From positions 13,633 through 77,632 of the forward strand of contig JBEPVZ010000003.1 of assembly GCA_041690695.1 (NCBI GenBank): a stretch of DNA of 64,000 bases, given 5' to 3'. Numbering within the stretch: the stretch's first letter is position 1; every line of letters starts with the position of its first letter. A program made the position numbers and the translations under genes. This DNA is from Candidatus Daviesbacteria bacterium (lineage in GTDB: Bacteria > Patescibacteriota > Microgenomatia > Daviesbacterales > UBA10151). The notes beneath the pieces were generated by a model. That model made no database searches and was not told the origin of the DNA. It saw only the letters and a list, made by a program, of their open reading frames with translations. Positions 57,279-64,000 of the stretch are shown one piece after another.

Positions 57279-59042
57279 TTAGCCTTTTAACTCACTCTGC
57301 TTCACGATCTCCGCATAAACTCCATCTTTGGCTAATAGCTCACGATGAGTACCTGATTCAAGCAACCTTCCCCGATCCATGACTAAAATCTGATCGGCTT
57401 TTTGAACGGTCGATAGCCGGTGGGCAATAATAACTTTGGTCATACTATGACTAGCCGACAGATCTTCCAAAGCTTTTTGAATCAAGCTTTCCGATAAAGT
57501 ATCCAAATGGCTGGTTGGCTCATCCATAATTAAGATCTTTGGTCTTGAGAACAGAGCTCGAGCAATAGCCAAGCGTTGTCTCTGACCACCTGACAGTTTC
57601 ACCCCACGCTCCCCAACTTTAGTTTGATAACCTTCATCAAGCTCCAAAATAAAATCGTGAGCGTAAGCTAACTTGGCGGCCACAATAACAGACTCTTTGA
57701 CATCTTCATAATTTTGTTTCCCAGCCGCGTACGAGATAACTTCCCAAACGGTTCGGCTTGGAACAGGTGAGTCCTGGAAAACCACCGAAGTTGTCGCTCT
57801 AAACTTGTCTAAATCTAGATCTCTTAAATCGTATTGACCATCAATGAAGATCCCGCCACTGGTCGGATCATAGTAACGGCTAATTAACTTGGCGATCGTT
57901 GATTTGCCAGAGCCAGATTTACCAACGATGGCGGTAAAACTACCAGATGGAATAGTAAAGGACAAATTGCTTAAAACTTTGCGTTTGTTATAGGCAAAGT
58001 TGACGTTTTTAAAGCCAATCTCCCCATGAATTTCGTCTGGAAAGATTGGTGCTTCAGCTAGTTTAATTGAGGATTTTTGAGCTAACAGATTCGAAATTCG
58101 CTCGACTGGTTCAGCCGCATCGGCGGCTCGGTTATAAATTCGACCAATTCGGTAAATATTAGAATAAGCTCGCTCAATCATATTGATTAAAAAGACTAAA
58201 CTTCCAACCGTTAACGCCCCATTACCAATTTCAACCATTCCTAAGACCAGCAAAACAATGTAAAAAATCTCCACGGTTAGACTCCGCCCAAAGCCAACGA
58301 TCATATGAGCTTTATATTCCCGAATTGACAGATCTTTAATATTTGACCAGATCGATTGGAATGACCTGTCTTCTCGACTCTCTTGAGCAAAAGCTTTGAC
58401 CACTGAAATATTAGTGATGGTATCCCCAATCTCGCCACTTGAGAATTCATAAGCGTCGTGACGTTCAGAGCGCAAATGCTTAGTAGCTTCGAAAAGTTTA
58501 TAAGTAATAAAGATAAAGGGGATCAACGACAAACTAAAGACGATCCCAATCTTCCAACTAGTTAAACCAATAAAGACTGAGCTGACGATCAGTTGCAATA
58601 CTAAAGGCTGAAGTTCAAAAGTGTATGAACCGACTAGTTCAATTAACTTATCGGCGCCTTTGTTAACCATGTTAATCTTGGTTCCAGTATTAACCCGCTC
58701 GTGATAATCGATTGATAACTCCAGTAATTTCGAGAAGGCAGTCGTTGAGACGTGACGGTGAGCCCGAAGAAGCATCAACTCGATAATGACATCAGTAATG
58801 TAGTCAATAACTAACGAAACAAACCTAACTCCAGCTAATCCGCCGACAATGACCACCGCCGTTTGGAAGCTTAACTTACCATTACTTTTGATTAAAACAT
58901 CCAAAATTCGGCCAAATAAGTATGGCCCACCCATTCGGATGGTTTCAAATAGAACAGTGACAAAGAAAATCGCATAGAGCGTTCTATGAAATGGCTTCAT
59001 TAACTGCCAGGTTTTAGTAATAAGAGAACTTTTTAGCTTCAT
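57279..59042 (-). CDS. ABC exporter, fused permease/ATPase (type I exporter)
   Basis: Six N-terminal TM helices, then Walker A GKSGSGKST, signature LSGGQRQRLAIARAL, Walker B LIMDEPTSHLD. Confidence 0.85.
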   Translation of the reverse strand: MKLKSSLITKTWQLMKPFHRTLYAIFFVTVLFETIRMGGPYLFGRILDVLIKSNGKLSFQTAVVIVGGLAGVRFVSLVIDYITDVIIELMLLRAHRHVSTTAFSKLLELSIDYHERVNTGTKINMVNKGADKLIELVGSYTFELQPLVLQLIVSSVFIGLTSWKIGIVFSLSLIPFIFITYKLFEATKHLRSERHDAYEFSSGEIGDTITNISVVKAFAQESREDRSFQSIWSNIKDLSIREYKAHMIVGFGRSLTVEIFYIVLLVLGMVEIGNGALTVGSLVFLINMIERAYSNIYRIGRIYNRAADAAEPVERISNLLAQKSSIKLAEAPIFPDEIHGEIGFKNVNFAYNKRKVLSNLSFTIPSGSFTAIVGKSGSGKSTIAKLISRYYDPTSGGIFIDGQYDLRDLDLDKFRATTSVVFQDSPVPSRTVWEVISYAAGKQNYEDVKESVIVAAKLAYAHDFILELDEGYQTKVGERGVKLSGGQRQRLAIARALFSRPKILIMDEPTSHLDTLSESLIQKALEDLSASHSMTKVIIAHRLSTVQKADQILVMDRGRLLESGTHRELLAKDGVYAEIVKQSELKG

Positions 59043-59160
59043 AACTACCCAAGAAGCTGGTTACAGACGATAAAAAATAGTAAGGTTAATACCGCCAAGT
59101 TGTTTTGCCAATTTCATGGGACAAAGTCAAGTTTAGGGACAAGCAATTAAAAAGTCAAAC

Positions 59161-61035
59161 CTAAACAGTTTTTTTACCAACAATCTTCTCAAACTCATCA
59201 GCCTCGAGAGTTTCAGTAATCAGTAATTCTTTGGCAACTTTATCAAGCTTAGCTTTATGCTTTTTTAAGACTTCTAAAGCTTGTTTATACGCGGTATCCA
59301 TAATCTTTCTAATCTCTTGATCAACCTTAGCATGCATCTCGGCTGAAACACCTGATGCATCATCTGGATTACCAGCCCAGCCAAACATTGATCTGGAGTG
59401 AAGGCTAATCGGCCCAAGCGGTGACATTCCAAATTCAGTCACCATCTGACGAGCGATACTGGTGGCAACTTCAATATCTGATGAAGCACCTGTTGAGATA
59501 TCTTTAAAAATCAATTCTTCAGCCGCTTGACCACCCAAAGCCGTTGTGACTTGAGCAACTAATCTCGATTTAGTTTCGTTTGAACGGTCTTCAACCGGTG
59601 GGAACATGGTATGTCCGCCTGACATCCCTCGAGCCACGATCGTAATCCGATGAACTGGATCAACATTAGCTAAGAAGTGACCAACAATGGCGTGACCAGC
59701 TTCATGATAAGCTGATAATTTTCGATCAGTCTCAGTTTGCAAACGGGTTTTCTTAGCACCCATCTTTTCCCGAGTGGCAGCTTCTTCAAGATCTTTATTA
59801 TCAATAACTTTTTTATCTTCGCGGGCGGCTAAGATAGCGGCTTCATTTAACATATTGGCTAAATCAGCACCTGAAAACCCGATCGTCCGCTTGGCTAATC
59901 GATCAACATTAACTTCAGGCGCAAACGGTTTACCTTGCATATGGAGTTCAATAATAGCTTTGCGCTCCTCTAAACTTGGCAGTTGAATAACCACACGGCG
60001 ATCAAATCGGCCTGGTCGAACTAAAGCTTGATCTAATAGATCCGGTCGGTTAGTTGCTCCAATGACGATGACTTGATCATTCGGGGTAAATCCATCCATC
60101 TCGACTAAGATCTGATTTAAAGTTTGCTCCCTTTCATCATGACCACCCATCATCCCCGATCCCCGAGCTCGGCCGATTGATTCAATCTCATCAATAAAGA
60201 TAATTGAAGGCGAACCTTTTTTAGCAGTTGCAAACATATCTCGAACACGCGCCGCTCCAACTCCAACTAACATCTCCATAAATTCAGATCCAGCGATTGA
60301 GTAAAAAGGTACTCCCGCTTCTCCCGCGACAGCCCGAGCGACCAACGTTTTACCAACTCCCGCCGGACCAACCAATAAGACTCCTTTAGGAATCCTAGCT
60401 CCCAAGGCTGTAAACTTTTGGGGGGTTTTTAAAAACTCAACGATCTCTTGAAGCTCTTGTTTAGCTTCATAGGCTCCAGCCACGTTAGTAAATTTAATTT
60501 GCGGAGCATCTTTGGAAAAAACTTTAGCTCTTGATTGACCAAATGAGAAGATCCCCTGAGCACCTTCACGAGCTTGGCGGAAAATAAAGAAGAAAAATAG
60601 TAACATCAAAGCGATTGGTAAAACTGTCCCTAAAATACCTAACCAAGCTTGCCGGATTGAGACATCTTTAATATCAATTGTAACGGCTTTAGGATCAACT
60701 CCTGCGTCAAACAAAGTCGTATATAAAGATTCTGATGGCTCTTTGTGAGCATCCATAGTCTTGCCATCTTTATATGTGGCGGTTATTTGATCACCATCAA
60801 CGGACAACTTATCAACCTTATTATTCTTAATATCCGAAATGACTTGAGAAATCGGGACAACGTTACTACTTGGAGCAGTATCACTTAAGTTAACAAAAAA
60901 GATTAATGCCGCTAGCCCAATCAAAGCATAGACCGCAAAGCCTTTTAAGATTGAGGTAAATCGATTTTTAGGTAATTTTGAGAATTTAGGTCCCGCTAAG
61001 CGAGATTTAAGCAGGGATTTCTTGGAGGCCGGCAT
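59161..61035 (-). CDS. ftsH: ATP-dependent zinc metalloprotease FtsH
   Basis: Two N-terminal TM helices. AAA Walker [13 protein letters not shown], Walker [12 protein letters not shown]. Zinc motif [10 protein letters not shown]. Confidence 0.9.
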   Translation of the reverse strand: MPASKKSLLKSRLAGPKFSKLPKNRFTSILKGFAVYALIGLAALIFFVNLSDTAPSSNVVPISQVISDIKNNKVDKLSVDGDQITATYKDGKTMDAHKEPSESLYTTLFDAGVDPKAVTIDIKDVSIRQAWLGILGTVLPIALMLLFFFFIFRQAREGAQGIFSFGQSRAKVFSKDAPQIKFTNVAGAYEAKQELQEIVEFLKTPQKFTALGARIPKGVLLVGPAGVGKTLVARAVAGEAGVPFYSIAGSEFMEMLVGVGAARVRDMFATAKKGSPSIIFIDEIESIGRARGSGMMGGHDEREQTLNQILVEMDGFTPNDQVIVIGATNRPDLLDQALVRPGRFDRRVVIQLPSLEERKAIIELHMQGKPFAPEVNVDRLAKRTIGFSGADLANMLNEAAILAAREDKKVIDNKDLEEAATREKMGAKKTRLQTETDRKLSAYHEAGHAIVGHFLANVDPVHRITIVARGMSGGHTMFPPVEDRSNETKSRLVAQVTTALGGQAAEELIFKDISTGASSDIEVATSIARQMVTEFGMSPLGPISLHSRSMFGWAGNPDDASGVSAEMHAKVDQEIRKIMDTAYKQALEVLKKHKAKLDKVAKELLITETLEADEFEKIVGKKTV

Positions 61036-61077
61036 GCGGCTAAATATAACACAAACCCAGGCTGGGATCTAGTCTGA

Positions 61078-61755
61078 TTATCTTTTCTTCCTTTTAAGAA
61101 GCCTTCCCATATCTTTAAGCGCACCATGAGCATCTTTAGTATTTTGGGCCAGATCAGTCTGATTTCTGGTATGGGCTGCATGAACAGCATCCTCGCCATG
61201 ACGTCGAATCTTGTTGGCTAGCGCAACAAACGGTCGGGCTGGGACGACCGGTATGATCGCGGCCGCAAGAGAGATGAGCCTTCCAGTCTTATCTAACCGA
61301 TCGCCAGTTGACCAATCTCGTCCAAAAACAGCACTCCCCAAAGTGAAAAAATCCCCTAGCCCCCATGGCCCAAGACCACCCGGGATCATCTCGACTCCCG
61401 TTGCGAGTACTCGACCAACTCCAGAGCTAAATCTCCGTTGAATCCAATTTCGTTCTTGACGATTAGCTTCCTCAGTGGCAAGGCGTCTTTGCCGCGACAA
61501 TAAGATCGCCCGTTTAGCAATTTCGGGAGCTAAAAGTGGATTACGATGCAGCTTTTTGGCGGCCTCAATGAGCTCCTCAGCCTCAGCTTTTCTGGCTTGC
61601 TCAGTCCGATCCACTCTAAAAGATTCAAAAGTTTGGCCTTCGGCTTTATTACGATCTTCTTTACTTACTTTACTTAATTCAGGCTGTAGGATTTGGGTTG
61701 GATCTGAGATTAAATCAGCTGAGTTCGGACCAGCTTCTTTGCTACTATCATCCAT
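61078..61755 (-). CDS. Hypothetical protein with coiled-coil N-terminus and a pre-toxin-TG-like glycine-rich segment
   Basis: IPGGLGPWGLGDFFTLGSAVFGRDWSTGDRLDKTGRLISLAAAIIPVVP resembles the PT-TG motif of polymorphic toxin systems, as I recall it. Short basic C-terminus. Confidence 0.35.
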   Translation of the reverse strand: MDDSSKEAGPNSADLISDPTQILQPELSKVSKEDRNKAEGQTFESFRVDRTEQARKAEAEELIEAAKKLHRNPLLAPEIAKRAILLSRQRRLATEEANRQERNWIQRRFSSGVGRVLATGVEMIPGGLGPWGLGDFFTLGSAVFGRDWSTGDRLDKTGRLISLAAAIIPVVPARPFVALANKIRRHGEDAVHAAHTRNQTDLAQNTKDAHGALKDMGRLLKRKKR

Positions 61756-62078
61756 TACTTTATATTACTACCTGGCTCCGCTTGTTGACTCGGCTGAAGC
61801 AAAATCGGTTTATCCTCCCCCTCAGCCGCCAAAACCATACCTTGAGATTCAAAGCCCATCATCGTTCGAGGCTCGAGATTAGCAATAATCACCAATTGCT
61901 TGCCGACAAACTCCTCCGGCGTATACCACTTTTTCATCCCAGTCAAAACTTGGCGGGGATTCTCCTCACCCAAATCAATCTGGAGTTTAATTAACTTTTC
62001 AGAACCTTCAATCTCCTCAGCAGAAAGGACTGTGCCAACTTTAAGTTCTAATTTGTGAAAATCATCTATCGAAACCAT
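61755..62078 (-). CDS. tRNA-binding domain protein (CsaA/Trbp111/MetRS C-terminal-like OB fold)
   Basis: KLELKVGTVLSAEEI...KLIKLQIDLGEE...QLVIIANLEPR...GFESQGMVLAA is a typical EMAP/Trbp111 tRNA-binding domain. Confidence 0.75.
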   Translation of the reverse strand: MVSIDDFHKLELKVGTVLSAEEIEGSEKLIKLQIDLGEENPRQVLTGMKKWYTPEEFVGKQLVIIANLEPRTMMGFESQGMVLAAEGEDKPILLQPSQQAEPGSNIK

Positions 62079-62113
62079 AAAGTAATTAGGATTATTCGGC
62101 AGACCAAGTCTCC

Positions 62114-63133
62114 CTAACTTCCCTCCTCTTCAAAGTAATCTAATTTCATAACTTGTTTAACTTCCTTTAAAGTTTTTCTGGCTTCTTCCTGTGCCCTAGC
62201 TGTTCCTCTTTTTAAAATCTCCTCGACTAACTTAGGATTATTTTCATATTTACTACGTCGCTTCCTAATCGGCTCCAGGAATTTATTGAGGATTTCAGCT
62301 AAATATTTTTTAACCTCAATATCTCCAACCTGGCCTGTCCTATAGCGTTTTTTATATTCGTCGATTTGAGCTTTGTCTGATCCTTCACCAAAGGCGTCTA
62401 GATAAATAAATAATGGGTTACCTTCAACCGTCCCTGGGTCTGTGGCCTTGATTCGGTTAGGGTCGGTGTACATACTCATGACCTTCTTTTCGACATCTTC
62501 TTTAGAATCTGACAGATAAATAACATTACCAATGCTCTTACTCATTTTGCCATTGCCATCAGTGCCAATTAGTCTGCCGACATTCCCAACCTTAATATCT
62601 GGTTCTGGAAAAACTGTCCCATAAATTGAGTTAAAGCGTCTAGCAATCTCCCGGGCTTGTTCAATCATCGGTCGTTGATCCTCTCCAGCTGGAACAAGAT
62701 CCGTCTTTAAAAATAAAATGTCGGCGGCTTGAGAGATCGGATAAGTCACAAAGCCGACCGGAACATCTTCATTAAAGCCTTTTTGTTTAACCTCATCTTT
62801 AACGGTTGGATTACGCATTAGCCTAGCCATGGTGACCAGATTCATGAAAAACACCGTTAGTTCGGCTATTTCGGGAACTTGAGATTGAATAAAAAAAGTC
62901 GCTTTTTCAGGATCAAGACCAACTGCTAAGTTATCCATGGTCACCTCCAAAACGTTATCCCGAACCTTTTGAGGATTATCAAAATTGTCAGTTAAAGCTT
63001 GAACATCAGCCACCATGATAAAAGTCTCGTATTCGTCCTGAAGATCAACCCGACCTTTCAGTGAACCCAAATAATGGCCTAAATGAAGTTTACCGGTTGG
63101 ACGATCACCTGTAAGAATCCGTTTTTGAGCCAT
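62114..63133 (-). CDS. trpS: Tryptophanyl-tRNA synthetase
   Basis: HIGH-type motif TGKLHLGHYLG, KMSKS motif GKMSKSIGN. 339 aa, class Ic architecture matching TrpRS. Confidence 0.85.
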   Translation of the reverse strand: MAQKRILTGDRPTGKLHLGHYLGSLKGRVDLQDEYETFIMVADVQALTDNFDNPQKVRDNVLEVTMDNLAVGLDPEKATFFIQSQVPEIAELTVFFMNLVTMARLMRNPTVKDEVKQKGFNEDVPVGFVTYPISQAADILFLKTDLVPAGEDQRPMIEQAREIARRFNSIYGTVFPEPDIKVGNVGRLIGTDGNGKMSKSIGNVIYLSDSKEDVEKKVMSMYTDPNRIKATDPGTVEGNPLFIYLDAFGEGSDKAQIDEYKKRYRTGQVGDIEVKKYLAEILNKFLEPIRKRRSKYENNPKLVEEILKRGTARAQEEARKTLKEVKQVMKLDYFEEEGS

Positions 63134-63192
63134 ATGATGGTTATTTTAACACTTTTAAAAGTTAGCTAATATCTAGCTCTCAAAGGTCGAGT

Positions 63193-63441
63193 TTATTTTG
63201 ACTCTGAGGAATGATTAATTAAAGATGCAAATGCTTGAAAAACTTTGGGATCCTCAATTCGAGCTACAATCGGAAGTCGAGTTCTTCCATCGTGTGGTAG
63301 ACCAAAAATTACTCGACCATCGGCAAGATTAACCGGACGTCCAACCACAGGAATAGTTCTCTGGCTACTACCTTCAGCCAAAGTAACGTGTGATGCACCT
63401 TGCTCGCCATATTCTATATTAGTAACAATTTCTATTGCCAT
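63193..63441 (-). CDS. Hypothetical small protein (82 aa)
   Basis: ORF only. Confidence 0.3.
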   Translation of the reverse strand: MAIEIVTNIEYGEQGASHVTLAEGSSQRTIPVVGRPVNLADGRVIFGLPHDGRTRLPIVARIEDPKVFQAFASLINHSSESK

Positions 63442-63517
63442 AAAAAACTCCCAAAAAAAATACCCCCTTTGGGATATGCCTTTTGTTTATTTAACTAAAG
63501 ACTAGTATATCACATCT

Positions 63518-64000
63518 TTATGATTTGTCAAAATTTAGCTTTGAGCTATTTAGATACTGCCCAATTAACCCCGGCATTCTGGCGATCATAAAGACCGCTT
63601 TACCAAGCTCCGGTTTGAAGCCAAATGTACAAAAAGCCACTGCAATCGCCCCATCGACGTTTAAAGGCAATTTGCGGCCTTTTTGAGCCTCCAGCTCATG
63701 TTCTATAGCCCTAGCCAGTTTGATATAGTCTAGGCCTAAGTCATACTGCTGCAACTTAGTAATTATTAACTCAGCTCTAGGATCAACTTGATAAATTCGG
63801 TGCCCAAAGCCGCCTATGATTCGCTGCTCAGCTAAGTATTCCTCAATTAAGGACTTGATGCCTGCCTCATCTAAATCATCTTCATGAATTTTATATAAAA
63901 ACTTCATGCCGGGTTCAGCCGCCCCGCCATGCTTATCACCAATCTGTAAAATCCCAGCCGCGACAGCTTCAGACATTGATTTACCTTCCTCTGCAGCTTG
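63518..64000 (-). CDS. Citrate synthase-family protein, C-terminal part (gene probably extends beyond the window end)
   Basis: GDKHGGAAE (CS GP[AL]HGGANE), GFGHRIYQVDPRA (CS GFGHRVYKNYDPRA with catalytic His), LPLNVDGAIAVAF (LYPNVDFYSGI). The frame is open to position 64000. Confidence 0.65.
   Translation of the reverse strand, partial: QAAEEGKSMSEAVAAGILQIGDKHGGAAEPGMKFLYKIHEDDLDEAGIKSLIEEYLAEQRIIGGFGHRIYQVDPRAELIITKLQQYDLGLDYIKLARAIEHELEAQKGRKLPLNVDGAIAVAFCTFGFKPELGKAVFMIARMPGLIGQYLNSSKLNFDKS

Overview
This 64-kb window looks like a reduced, moderately AT-rich bacterial genome with an archaeal-flavoured gene set, a profile I associate with CPR/Patescibacteria-like lineages. It uses the standard genetic code (TGA is used as a stop), has very short or overlapping intergenic regions, and shows occasional AGGAGG-type ribosome-binding sites. 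Housekeeping content: the 5' end of pgk, tRNA-Ile(GAT), tRNA-Cys(GCA), and a lone 16S rRNA on the minus strand with no 23S/5S anywhere in the window. There is an isoprenoid cluster with archaeal-type mevalonate-pathway enzymes (isopentenyl phosphate kinase, type-2 IPP isomerase, polyprenyl synthase, UppS). DNA repair and replication genes are present: ATP-dependent ligase, family-4 UDG, MutM, RecF and a short PolA. Also present are FtsH, TrpRS, Pth, a membrane-anchored Clp/Hsp100 ATPase, ABC transporters, an MFS transporter, a GGDEF protein, a Fic-like protein, and two toxin-antitoxin pairs (VapBC, HicAB). Two accessory surface/secreted loci stand out. The first (9.1-16.4 kb) is a tandemly duplicated pair consisting of a small membrane protein followed by a giant Cys-rich secreted protein; it contains a polyproline-encoding 30-bp tandem repeat plus a C9 tract. 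The second (40.0-53.2 kb) is a tandemly duplicated three-gene module: a TM-anchored unknown protein, a VirB2/TrbC-like (CPR 'T4SS-pilin'-like) N-terminal hairpin fused to a long variable ectodomain, and a membrane-anchored S8 subtilisin that in the second copy is fused to a phospholipase-C-like phosphoesterase. Two of the pilin-like genes share a perfectly identical 415-bp 5' region, one upstream copy of the unknown protein is a pseudogene, and a third short Gly-rich pilin-like gene closes the locus. I consider this second locus the best candidate for an undescribed cell-surface or host-interaction system. No CRISPR arrays, transposases or integrases were seen.
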